Of a DNA stretch of 54,403 bases, positions 10,101-21,200 are shown one piece after another. The DNA lies in IMG/VR virus record IMGVR_UViG_3300013122_000005, positions 1 to 54,403 of that record; one strand, 5' to 3'. Made by a program: the position numbers and the translations under genes. The notes beneath the pieces were generated by a model. It was not told the DNA's origin. It made no database searches and saw only the letters and a list, made by a program, of their open reading frames with translations. Source of the DNA: a virus. Its lineage: Duplodnaviria; Caudoviricetes. Numbering within the stretch: position 1 is the first letter of the stretch; each line of letters opens with the position of its first letter.

Positions 10101-12275
10101 TGAAATTCTAGTTTTTCCATCATCTTTTGTATACATTCCAAATGCCTCAGCATATGTATTTCCATCTAGTTCAAAATATGGAATATCAAAATTTTTAATT
10201 CTTTCAATTTTTTCTTTAGCAGTATTAATTTCAACAGCATAACTATAATTAGCTGCAAATGAAGTTAATTTTTCTTCGATAGTATTGCCTTCAGATTCTT
10301 TAAGTAAATCAAGTTGTTGTTTAGAAATACCCAATTCACCTATTTTTTTCCATAAAGTTTCTTGATTAATAGATTTATTAGACTCCCACTGTTTAATCTT
10401 AGCAAGATTATCTAATATCTTTTCGGTAGCTTTTAATCTATAATTAACTTGGTTATTAAATTCTTCTTGATTAAATACATTATCACCTTGTTCCCATACA
10501 GGATTATTAGTAATATTTAATTTAATTTCAGGATATAACTTTTGAAGTTTATCTTGTATTTTTTGTGCAAGTTCTCTATCAAATGATTTACCTTGTACAA
10601 ACTCTTTAAACCCTTGTATATCTTGTTTATTACCTAATATGTGGATTTGTTCTGTCCCAAATACTACATAGGAATCCTCTCTCTTATCTTCATAATTCAC
10701 TTTACGTAGAAGGGAGTTATTAGTACTTGTAGGCATCTCTCTTATATTCTGAAAAATAACTCCATCGGACCCATCTTGTACTGATAAGTCAAAATTAGAT
10801 ATTACAACTGGAGATTCCTTTTCATTTACTTTAATGTCTGGCTTCTTTATATTTAATATAGTGGTATATATAGTTGGGATATCTATATTGGAATGTTTTG
10901 ATATGATATCATCTATTATAGATGAGTCTTGCAGTAAAAGAGCCATAAGGACTGATACTTCCTCCTTTTTAGATAAATATTGGCTTGTAACATAACTCAT
11001 CGAAAGTGCTTCTGAACCAAACCATTCCGTATATTTATCTAAATTTCTAAGGTTACTTAAATCAGAATCAGCTTTCTTTAGTTCCTCCTCTTTGAATCCC
11101 TCAAATCTAAGCACTCCAATCATTATATCTTTAAAAGACCTAATAGATAAGTCATCAGAACTGCCTTTAAGATATTCGTAATATTCGCCATTTTTATCTA
11201 TCGCACTTTTTATATTGGACAAACTATTGATTATACTAATTTCTTTAGATTCAGTATACGCATTTGCCACAGCTTTTTGGTTTGAAAAATAGAAACCACT
11301 TAAAAGTTCTGAATATTGAGTTTTAATATTGCCTTTTGCAAATTTATCAAATCTTTTGTGGCTACCATGATAAACAATATCTTTTACTTTACTATCAGGA
11401 AATATAGTATCGAGATATAAACTATAAAGTTGTTGAGCTTCTTGTTTTTGTTGTGGGGTTATTTGTCGTTTTGAAATAAAATCTTCGGTTAACCCTAATA
11501 CTTCTTGTAACGCAGAATTATCTTTTACAGTTACATAACTACCTAAAAGTTGTTTTACAAATTCAATTATTTTAGAAAATACATTAGTTCTTTCTACCTC
11601 AATTCTAGATAAATATTCTTGAAATCTTTCATCTACAAAAGCTCTTGCTACAAATTCTTCATCTGATGATAAACCATAATAATCATTTTCATTTTGTGGT
11701 CTTTGTCTTAAAACTTCTTTTCTTAAATTACTTATGTTATTTACAAATTCTTTTTCTACTTTTGATAAAGTACCAGGCATTAACCCTTTTGATATTTTAA
11801 AAGGTCTTGATGTTAAAGAATGTATAACTTCTTCTATAATTACTCTTGATTGAGCAGCATTTGTTTCTCCTTTTGATAAAACATCTAATCCTAAGAAATC
11901 ATTTAAACTATCATAAAATCCCATAGAATTTCCTACAGGTCTTTCTATATAGTTTATAGTTCTTTCTGCAAAAGCTGGTATTTCAAGAAGTTTGTTTATT
12001 AAATTTTTAAAATTTTCTCTCATACCACCCTCAAAAGAATTTAATATTTCTTTTGCCGTAGTTTTGGATATAACTTTTGCATTACCAAGATTTTTATTAA
12101 ACCCAGCAGCTTCATATACAGCATTAGTTAATTCAGGATTTTGTTCAAATAATTCTTTTACACCTGGTTTAATTTCATTTGATACACTTGTTATTCCATA
12201 CCCCTTATTAATATAATCTACTAATTCTTGTTTAGTACTAAACTCCTTACCTTTATATTTAAAACTACATTTCAT
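4188..12275 (-). CDS. Giant polyvalent virion cargo protein (2695 aa): three zincin-like domains, ART-PolyVal-like domain, EIQSD domain, C-terminal hydrophobic segment
   Basis: EEVIH (11820-11834)...EEFVA; VYHG...GFYFS...DGVIF...YVVF; GWFR...LEIQSDLFQ; HEYAH (8751-8765)...EEALV; HEISH (8193-8207)...EEVAA; VAAMIAMYIVYNILV near the C-terminus. Confidence 0.8.
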   Translation of the reverse strand: MKCSFKYKGKEFSTKQELVDYINKGYGITSVSNEIKPGVKELFEQNPELTNAVYEAAGFNKNLGNAKVISKTTAKEILNSFEGGMRENFKNLINKLLEIPAFAERTINYIERPVGNSMGFYDSLNDFLGLDVLSKGETNAAQSRVIIEEVIHSLTSRPFKISKGLMPGTLSKVEKEFVNNISNLRKEVLRQRPQNENDYYGLSSDEEFVARAFVDERFQEYLSRIEVERTNVFSKIIEFVKQLLGSYVTVKDNSALQEVLGLTEDFISKRQITPQQKQEAQQLYSLYLDTIFPDSKVKDIVYHGSHKRFDKFAKGNIKTQYSELLSGFYFSNQKAVANAYTESKEISIINSLSNIKSAIDKNGEYYEYLKGSSDDLSIRSFKDIMIGVLRFEGFKEEELKKADSDLSNLRNLDKYTEWFGSEALSMSYVTSQYLSKKEEVSVLMALLLQDSSIIDDIISKHSNIDIPTIYTTILNIKKPDIKVNEKESPVVISNFDLSVQDGSDGVIFQNIREMPTSTNNSLLRKVNYEDKREDSYVVFGTEQIHILGNKQDIQGFKEFVQGKSFDRELAQKIQDKLQKLYPEIKLNITNNPVWEQGDNVFNQEEFNNQVNYRLKATEKILDNLAKIKQWESNKSINQETLWKKIGELGISKQQLDLLKESEGNTIEEKLTSFAANYSYAVEINTAKEKIERIKNFDIPYFELDGNTYAEAFGMYTKDDGKTRISYNEYQKALKRYNELTNESKPTRHYSNLTVPGGTNYTENEIATPAITPSIKGHAQFATDKGIGWFRSDDKTVDELKGNWIKSESELPNEFTYSGERYFKQDGEWQTKSKFIEDIETVIWRYNMSLGNERIQNKPEAKTRRILEIQSDLFQKGREHKKLTGEDERIGDNLDDLLGTTGKKQFDSKGNQFLQLLNKDNNWVTFFIKSIIQDSAKKGYEKVLFPSGETAAKVEGHQTIADEINTKNRVINQLKINKEVQQDVLDSLDINTENFINGKNKYFVSINTVYTGIGNDAKLTITSEGKEEYNISTLKDKDWKSGSKEEFALIVKNHIKKEYTAKIKDLNRRIEQLEKEKQELKSQGIEKLKPIEGFYEIRVRNILEKIYGKENIKLITDEYGNTWREITINQARDLAEVLLQRNEANKIIGQANIKALSVLIDAVNQKQDTLPHEYAHHYIAWYRNSPIVQEAIKKWGSEEALVQSIGEQVVKQKGEAYNWWNNFVKWIMNKFNSLSKLQKEELTQILTDAFLTRQDLGKQDIEGFKEFVNKNNNQKEEQKKKDENTTTRNSNIENTKKFLSKETLNTFIDNIRTAFPNIQIKETFTSDPDNMYPGKIAFIKEGVIYINMDRVQKDTPLHEISHIFLLAIKDSNIELYRDIINSTKEFMDSNPDIIERIREINPNMNGEEFLEEVAATLMGWSSEEKVMLGLHKIKVNNVEQRTKGIYGSIKNVLTKFWDFIKSVFKGIYGTEINIDFTKGSVFDIGEQLYNAIQNRKIVSEVSSSTINRLMKINRIKVLSQNASVNKTAGTLRSKLSMTVNNFKFDNAEKEVKINMIVTYVKMYGHLPMKWVGRSERIENTSENYIRSYISDNGILDKNKETIIEEHQSNFANFINIEKGSVDSIESLGTNMVNGEKVNIYKPAAIIKFLKAVDYYKGMQLMTLKEAKEKIPSLKSLDTYFDDSDIMVMLENVSKDRSQTIISLYDIRNSSPKYTNESVKIESILKVYGIDSEKKAKQLGMSMNNTHGDISSVIMGLMAADIINKTGIKVRNIASIGIMPTETLCTFHDIKSVLMNLKGMAKVEEFTADLPDTIKKYFTEDIGNNSWANNIYIDFNKVIDSIANDYDYYKDGTDPFFEIKNIADNQSESPDVLMKLYSLALKRLESKNYLSTEEQYIQSILKDSINALMIVNPLAFQWNIKSSFDLIKKFATSIVNINDDIIQDYAYIAGNGLYKSVVSVNKKMKLAEPHWTNLKKLGMATNSTLGQKENYERMMCYREIKNGGKVYKAKLSRIHFTGDEGYYIDENGTKKYYKDQRQRLSKEILDEGRWIVDQITEQMVTMLEHQITIENRNYNPQTENPYTKDEIKEMLFNEYHYEEGMLPIMNITSLELLNKGGLKNVFNAAKNNLYKAGNINTIFTEDLISENQQTNELFAKYYNQLCNKNENIRLFHLGLKFDAYANNGKGGYTLIDSKKNENLSQNIELLMKYFWMSSERKRILDIEVLPYQNALLSQLQIAKDNKDENTNDLIEFIRSWSQRAVSNIVNKQSIKVAGKNIAPAIITLANTVSNIVLTVNQNVGIQSGLINTLKAISQGFANREDKELWNDKDYLKAQSWIVAHKSFAIELYRATGMMDEYELMTYQIYKKTGKELFDQTITQAGNFWTDFGTKCSIMVAQMMHDGVFDAFTYNSKDGTVKYNWLKDKRWIGMNKSPDKKALFDAYRNELIKKGSSDENNKGIDIPYIYDEVQKLKYFGTMIIGGYSNPDRVNLGNLFIGNLFTKMKNYIFTAYQDAFQSKGYTKRGGKLRVIKQKDGSYQSRIEKMIVEGYNITFLRHIQEMYKTKSLKQWSKMEPFERANYRKLGMRVAAMIAMYIVYNILVNLKRNPDDDDKPIPENRLVRNWIYAADSILVLPQLLEIAKNPFSTISIIDRWGANVFSSSMWNKIKEGDIDERMFVPSQIKDVVEPIYPEIKETNKN
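8475..8508 (+). repeat. 34-bp direct repeat, copy 1 (encodes KQDIEGFKEFV on the minus strand)
   Basis: tacaaactctttaaatccttctatatcttgttta; 32/34 identical to 10596-10629. Confidence 0.9.
10596..10629 (+). repeat. 34-bp direct repeat, copy 2 (encodes KQDIQGFKEFV on the minus strand)
   Basis: tacaaactctttaaacccttgtatatcttgttta; 32/34 identical to 8475-8508 and in the same reading frame. Confidence 0.9.
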
Positions 12276-12287
12276 ATTATCTATTAT

Positions 12288-15200
12288 TTATGAACACGAT
12301 TCTTCAATTATACCTTCATCTATCATTTCCTGTATATCTTTTTTAGTAACATTATCTTCTATCTTTTTACCATCATTCCTAGAACGACCATTTTTTAAAT
12401 CTTTTGTTACTGTAAATATATATTCTCCATTAGTTGTTACTTTAACTCTAACTCCTGTTGGAAGTTCACATATAGCATTTTCAAATAATCTATAGTTATT
12501 TGATTCATATTCTTGATTTTCTTTATATATTCCATGCCAACCTGATAACATCTTTGTAACCTCATTTAATAAATATGGTTTATTATTTTCATTATCTTCA
12601 CTAAATGATAATCTAACTTTTTCCCCCATAGTTAATTGTTTTGGTGCTGGTGGGTACGAAGATAATAAATTCTCTTTAGAATTATAAATATTAATATCTT
12701 TCCATGAATTTTCATATTCAAAAACAACATTTCCTTTACCATCATAGTAATATGTAAACTTATCGCCTATAAAAGTTGTTACAGTGTTTAATATACCAGG
12801 TATTTTCTTTTCAATCATATTACCAATACCTTCTCTTATAATTATAAGTTTAGCGATATCATTAGTAATTTTCATATTATGATTATCTAAAATAGTACTT
12901 ATACCTTGTAGATAAGGATTATCTATTAATTCATTCATGGTACCATTGCGATATATATTACCAAAGAATAACATCTGATAAATAGAAAATAATTGTCTTT
13001 CTTGTAATGATAATTTATTAAATGCTGCTAACTTTTTTGATTTAATTCCTTCATCAAAATAAATACTGTTTTTATATTGTACATATTGATATAGTGATGA
13101 ATTTATATTTAATCCATTGATAAAATCATTTGTTTGATTATATTTAGTCTTAAGGATACCTACAAATGATGGAAATAACATACATAACATTTGTCTATCA
13201 CTAGATTTTGATAAATCAAATTCTCCTATTTCATTATATTTCTTAAATGATTTCTTGTTTTCAGCTATATCTATATCTCTTAATTGATATTTCATATTAA
13301 CAATTCCAATATTAGATATTGCATCTCCCCACATAATTTTATCAAAGGCAGAACTTACTTTTACAAAATCAGTTTCATTCATCCATTTCTTTTGTCCTAT
13401 CATATTAAGTATAGTTTCATCCTGCATATACTTATAAGCTGTTATACCTTCATTTAATACTTCATGAGTAGTATCTATCAATTCTATATAAGAATTTAAT
13501 AATGGATGATTAGCAACTATCTGGGCACCATCTAATTCTTTTCTTATTTCCGAATCATAAATATCATCAGTAAATAATTCTTTCTGTATAAATTCTTCAC
13601 TTCCTTTATCTTTAATAATATCTTTATTTTCCAAATATGTCTTTATTGACATACCAAGTAATTTCTCTATATTTAATCTTGCCTTATAAAATTCCCACTC
13701 ATTACTTGCTATCTTTTGTTGCATTTGTGATAATGAAGCTATTCTTCTAATAACCTCTCCGGCCATAGACGTTGTTTTCTTTTCTGATAAATTCATTATC
13801 TTTATATCTAATGAAGATATTAATTCATTTATAGCATTTATTCGTTCAGTTTTCTTCTTATCTGATAATGACTTGTATTTCATTATCTTATTTCGTTTTT
13901 CTACAAGGTCATATTTTTCTTTATTTGGATTTTTTAATATCTGATCAAATGCTTGATAGATTGGTATCTTAGATTGATTATTATCAACATCTATTCTTGT
14001 ATTCTTAGAAATATTTTTAGAAGAATTTATTATCTTAATTGCTTTTATAATATCATCATCCTTTAATTCAGTTATTATTTCATTAATATCTTTACCTTTT
14101 AGAATCAATCCTGTTTGATATAAACTTGTTAAAGGAACAATATTAAGTTTACCTATTGCTCCGCCGAGTTTAACTGTATCTGTTGCACCATTAATAATCT
14201 CCATAGAGGCCCCTATTGCTTTAAATATGCTAAAATCATCTTTTAATGCAATATATTTATCTTTTATGAATTTCTTATTTGATAATTGCATAATAGTAGC
14301 ATAACCATTTTCTGCTGTTGCTCCATGACCAATCATCTCTTTTCCTGTATTATTTTCTTCCATTGCAGATAAATCATTAGCAATACTATTTGGTGCTATT
14401 ACACGACTATTATCTATATTCTTAGCATGTTCTACAATATTCGATGTACTTGTCTCTTGTAATAGATATTTTAAATTAAGAGGATCAGTAAAATACTCAT
14501 ACGATAGATTAAATAATCTATTTTGTAATACTCGTTTTTCACTATTTGATACTAATTCTGTTTCTTGATATGTTCTTATCTTTCTAAAATATGTTTGTGA
14601 TGCATCAGCATCATAGTCGTGTCCAGTTAATAATGCTGTTTTAGGAGATACATATTTACCATTTTCCATAGTATTATCAAACGCAACTATTCTTTCTATG
14701 ATAGCAGATGATACTGAACCTGTTGGAATACGTGCAGATATTAAATCTAATGAATCATTTAATGATTGATAATATGCAGCCATAGATAATAATAATTGTT
14801 TTTTATTATCTTCTATTTTCTTTCCTTTTGTTCCCCAACGTAATATAGTTCTTCTTTGTCTTTCATTATCAGGTAACATAGACAATATTTGTTCATATGT
14901 ATATTCCCCAAATTTAGGTTCTATTATTTCATCATATAATCTTTTAGCTGTCCATCTTTTACCTTGTTTAATGGCAAGTTCTCTCTCTCTACCAGATTGA
15001 TATAAATTTTCTCCTTTTACTTCCATTGCATCTACTAAGGTTTGATTATTATCTAATCCAAACTCTTTTAGATATGGAAATTTACATATTACTTCTGATG
15101 GTACTATTACTAATTCATTTATAGGAATAATAAGATTATTATTAATATCTAATAAATCATTTTTGTTTACTATTTCTGTTTGATCATTTATCTCATCATT

Positions 15201-18200
15201 AACAATTCTATATACTGATAATGGTTTTAATTGTCTATTATTTTCAAATCTATCATTTATTACTTCTTTTTGTCCTCTAGCCCTTAAATCTTGTGCTAAA
15301 TATATCTTACCATTATTATCATATACTTTACCTAACATAGGTGTAAGTGTTTGTTCTGTTCCTGCAAGAGTAGGTTTAAGTGCTTTATTTATATCAGATA
15401 ATAAAAATTGTATTGCTAAATTCTTTTTAACTTGTATTGATATATTAGGATTATTCATTTGGTCTACTAATATACCTGTCTGTGTACTATTCCTCGTACT
15501 TTTATACCCTAATCTTTTTATGAAGTCTAATATTTCTTCTTTTGTCTTTAATCTCTGTAATTGATTCTTTTTTATATTAACAAAATCAGTTAATATTTGA
15601 TTCAATTCATTTGCTCTATCTTCATTATTAGTACCTATTGCTATAAGTTTTGTCATCTGAACAAGTAATGTTCTATTTGAATCTTCTACATCATGATTTA
15701 AAACCTTCTGTGTACGGTAATATTTCATCTGAAGTTTGCTACTATATTCAGATATTTGTTCCGGTGTTAATGATAATTCGGCATTATCTAATGTTACTTC
15801 TCCACCATCAGTTGTTCCATATACAACCTGATTCTCTTGTCCCAATTTAATTGCAGAAGAATGAAATATAAATCCTGTCATACCATGTTCTATACCTTGT
15901 TGAATATATTCCTTTGATACATGATCTGCTGTTTCAGATACTGCTTTATCCCAATCCCTACTATTATTATAATTATTTTCAAATATCTTTCCTATTTTTT
16001 CTCCTAACATAGTCTTAAAAATAGTTTTATGTAAATGGAAATTATCAATCTCAAATTTACTTATAGGTTTTATAGATAATTTTATATATCTCAATTCATC
16101 TGTTATTGGATCATAATAAAATATCATTGGTTTCTGAATACCTTTTACTATATTACCATCTATACCTCCATTTTGTCTTCTTAATAGTTCATGTATTATT
16201 GGATTTGCAAAACCTAATCCATTCGTATTTAATTCGGAATCGTATTTCAAACTATATAATGGATGTGAATCTCCAATATCTTTTATATTTAAATATGTTA
16301 CAATAGGACCAGCACCAATCTTAGAATTAGCATTAGAAGCATTTCCTGGTGATGTTAAACCTGCTGCACGTTTTATATAATCTCCAATATTTTTTGATGA
16401 TAATTCATTTCCTCTTGTTAATTGAGAAAGAGTTTCGTTATATAAATGAAAAGAAAGAAACATCATTTTTAAAAAAGGATTACCTATTTGATTTATATTC
16501 TTATATTCTTTATATAAAATTTTTTCATATTCTTTTTTAAATGCTTCTATTTTAGGCATTATCTCTTTCCATACTTCCTTTGCTTCTTTTCCTTCTAATT
16601 CAATCTGATTTTTACCTAATTGATAAAAATTGTTTTGCATTATGCTCATTATCGTAAATAAATCATTTGTAGTACCAATATTATGTATATCATCTAAAGA
16701 AGTTATATTATCATTTAAATCTTGTTCAATATTATATTCTTCTTCAGTTAATATAGTTTTGCTACCTTTTTGCAATTTAGTCCAAGTACCATCTTCATTT
16801 TTGGTAAACTTCACTGATTTATCGTAATGTTTTAGAATTACTTTAAATAGATCATCCTTTACTTTTTGAGAAACTTCTTTATCTAATATTGTTAATTGTT
16901 CAGGGATCTTATATTTAACATCTGATATCATATCTATATAAGCACTATAATCATCATTAAATGCCTTCCACCATAGATCTATTTTCTCATTTACATCTTT
17001 CGTATTATTCCATTGTTCTATAAACTCATTATTATATCTGAATTTTTCCATTTCAGGATTTAAAGCAAATGATAAGGTAGTATGATTACCAAGTATAACT
17101 TTACCATTCTTAATATGATAATCAGAATTTAATCGCAATTTTCTTACTTGTTCCAGAGTAACATTTCCAATATTAGATTGGAGTTCATTTACAGTTTTAT
17201 ATGACTTTCCTAATAGTTTATTCCATCTTGTTAATGATCGTTGTTGTAATAAACTATATAACTTTACATGATCATCTATAATATTTACAATATCATCATT
17301 ATTAAAACTAATAGATTTTAATTGATATCCTTTTCTTGTCCATACCTTTTCAATATTTACAAATGTTCTTTGATTATTCCCCTGGCCTGATGTTGATATT
17401 AAAGCCATATTTTTTACATTTCTATCTGCTTCAACTCCATTAATAACAGGAATACTTTTTAAATATTTCCCACTATTTAACATATAACTTAATGTCGATT
17501 CTGTTGTATATTTTATTAGATCATGTCTTGTTAATGATATATATTTTCTTCCGGTCCATTCATTCTTTAATCCACCAAATATTTGTGATTTACTTATAGT
17601 CATATGCCCATTATAGATTGGACTATTGACTAATTTACCTTCAAATACAAAAGGAGAATTAATTTCTTTCCCATTTTCTATTAATGTATTTAATTGATTT
17701 TGTGACTGTTTAATATATGTTTCAGAACCTAATCCTATAGTATCATTATAATTATTACTTTCATGTACTACTTGTTGAAATTCTCCTTCTACATTTTTTA
17801 ACATAGTAGAAACAGGACCACCTTGTTGATACAAAAATGCTTCTGCAAATGATTCAAAAAAACTATATGCATCTGTTGGTTTAGGTAAATCAAATTGTTC
17901 ATATTCTTCTTGTGATTCTCCAAAATTCTGTGTCGCACTCATAGATTCCATAGAATATCCATAACCGGTATAAACTGTTTCTAACATTTTATATTCTTGA
18001 TATTCTTCTGTACCTATTTCAAATCCATTTAATTGATCCGTTTCTTTATTTATTCCTGTTTTTTCTAATAGAATATTAAGTTTCATAGCCATCATAGTAA
18101 CCCACATATTAATACCAAATGATGCTGTTCCAGGAGTTAATTCAAAAACACTCTTTGTTACTTCTAAGTTTGTTTCTACACCTAAATAATTTACTATTTG

Positions 18201-21200
18201 ATTATAATATGCCATGTATTTTCTCTGAGTAATAAAATTATTTTTACTCATGTTGTCAAATTCATTACCTAAAATAGATATTGGAACATTTACTATTTTA
18301 ATCTTTTCTCCCTTTTCTGTTATAATATATAACCCTGTTTTATCAACTTCATACTTCTTTTTATCTCCAAAGAAATCTCCTTTTCGTATATTCTTTACAA
18401 ACCCTGATTCATCTAAATTAGTTTTAAGCATATTATTTTTAATATTATACTTAATCGTATTTACTTGATTAAATGATTCTATATTATTCTTTATAATTCC
18501 TTTACCTTTTATCTCTCCAGTTACATAATCATTTATAGATGTAGAAGAATAAGCACTTTCTATTGCTGCAAATACTAAATTAGCTGCATTTACTCGTCTT
18601 TCAACCTCTTGTTCTGTTTGTTTATATCGTTCCTCCATCTTATCTCTTGCTTCTGTATTTTCTCCCCAATATGTATTATCATCAAGATTTAAATTCTTTC
18701 GTAATCGTTGTAATATTAAATCTTTCTCCTCTACCATTCGATATAACCCTTGGCCTCTAACATCATAAATACCAGAACTAAGATACATATCTATATTAAA
18801 TCCTACTATAGAACCTTTATTCCCTAATGCTCTTAAAAATGAATTAATATATAATTGATAATCAGTATTATTTATTCCTATATACTTCTTATTATTATCT
18901 ACTATATCATTCATAGTAGATATCATATTCTTAAAAGTTATTTCTTTCCCTTCTGATTTTAATATTTGTGCAGTATCAATTAATATTCTATGTATAGCAG
19001 TTGCACTAGCATATTTTTTGTCAAATTTATTAACCTCAGTACCATCTACATTTGTTAATTTGATAGTACTTAATATTATCTTTAAAGTACTTGATAGACT
19101 TGAAAATAAATTCTTTGTCATTGATTCCTGTCCTATAGTTCCTTCTCCTATCTTTGTAGCTACATATATATTATTTACAAACTTATCAATATCTATCTCT
19201 GGTAACATTTTCTTTAACATGATATAAGCTGTTCTTCTTGTCTTTTGTATATTTTCCCCTTCTTGAAAACTCATCTGATAGAAAGCATATTGAACAAATG
19301 AATACAAGTTTCCAGATTCGATTTTATCTCCTCTTAATGATTTAATAATATGATCCGGTCCATCTTCTATATAAGCTATACATGTTTCAAAATCTTCTTT
19401 AGTCATATCACCTAATTTCTTAGTAATCGTAACAGGATTATTCTTATCATCTAATGATGTTATTGTTACTTCTTTATCAGGTTTATAACTATTTTTTAGA
19501 TTTAATAATGTTCTATTAATACCTGTACTTATCCATGATTCATTTTTTATTGAAGGATTCCGATAATTCATTCTCCAATACAATGTACTATTCTGTAATA
19601 TTTTAGGAATAAGTACTTCATATAATACTTTATTTTGGTTATAACTATTACCAAATACTTGTTGAATATGTAATTGTGCTAATTCATCATTATATTTATC
19701 AATCTTAATCTTATCAAGATTTACTGTTAATTCACTATTATCATAAATAGGATCCATATTTGCATATACTCCTTCTCTTACTGATTTAGCAAATGCAGTT
19801 AATGATGGTGCATATAATCCAAACTTATTAAGTAAATTAGTTGCAAGTTGTCTTATCCATAATATAAATTTTTGCCATAGATTAGTTGGTTTTACTATCT
19901 CTTGTGATTCTAACTTATATGCAGCATATTCTAATGCAGAACGTATATTCCCATCATATGCTTCTCCCATTTCTTTTATAATATCATCCATGACACTATT
20001 AAAAGCTTTTGGACTTAACATATGTTTCATTATCAAATGGACTGCCTCATGTCTTCCCGAAAACTCTTCTACATTATTTGTGTCTCCAAATAGATATATG
20101 ATACCATTAGATAATCTCCCAAATAATTTTGAATTGATACCTTCTCTTTTTACTAGATTATTGAAATTATTATTTCCTAATATGTGAGATAATATATCAG
20201 TATTTTCATCTTCACTAATAAAAGTTACACTTTCACTATTAGTAATTCCTTTATCTAATGCCATATCATCTTCTTCTATTTTTATTTGTTCATTGTGAAC
20301 AGAGTTAGTAGAATTATGTTCTATTTTATTATTAATCCTAAAATAAAAAGAAGGAGTAGATAGGTATTGAGATCGTACTATTGCATTTTTAGTTATAATC
20401 TTTCCATTATTATCAATTAGATTTTTATATAGATGATCAACACCATTTACATAATTCTTTACCTTTGGTAATATCTTTGTAAGTAGATTATCAATCTTTG
20501 CTATTGGATTGGAACCTTTTATTCGAATATTATTTATTTTTAAATCTTTCCCATTTTTACTATTTATAGTTTTTTCTTTTATAATAAATAAATTCTTAAA
20601 TGCTCGATTTTTAAATAAATTTGTGGAGGTATTTGAAATTAATAATCTATACAAATCAGTATTTTCTAGTAATTGCATAGCTCTATTATATTCTATAGAA
20701 CCATCTTTTAATTGTTCTTTTAATTCTTTCAGTTGTTCTTTAAAGTTTATAATATCTTCAGCAAATGATTCACTAGTATATTCATCTGAAAATAATTTTA
20801 CTTGTTCTTGTTTAAATCCTAACTTTTGAATGTTTATAAATATTGCAGGTGCTGTCTGAGTTCTTAATATTACTTCTTCTCCAACTACATGAAAACCATA
20901 TTCATTTAATGAATTTTCAAAAGTTTCAAATGATTGTCTATCTTTTATGTTTGTACTAAATTTAGATCTGCCAGACATCGTCTGTTCAATTCTTACAGTA
21001 TATTGTTGATTATTATTTTTCATATCAAACAACATCATCACTCTACTTATATTTAACTTCTTAAGTTGTTCTCTTGTTGTTGTATTGAAATCAGAAATAA
21101 ACTTATCATCAAAATATTTAATTGTTTCTTTTAATGCATTATCTCTAGTATCCATTTGAAGTATCTCTTCTATCTTACTCTCTGGCATCTTCATTACATT

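Noticed and set aside
8475-10629. CRISPR array or DGR template/variable repeat interpretation of the 34-bp repeat
   Set aside because: Only two copies 2.1 kb apart, both coding. No reverse transcriptase or cas gene is in the window, and the two mismatches do not show a consistent adenine-specific pattern.
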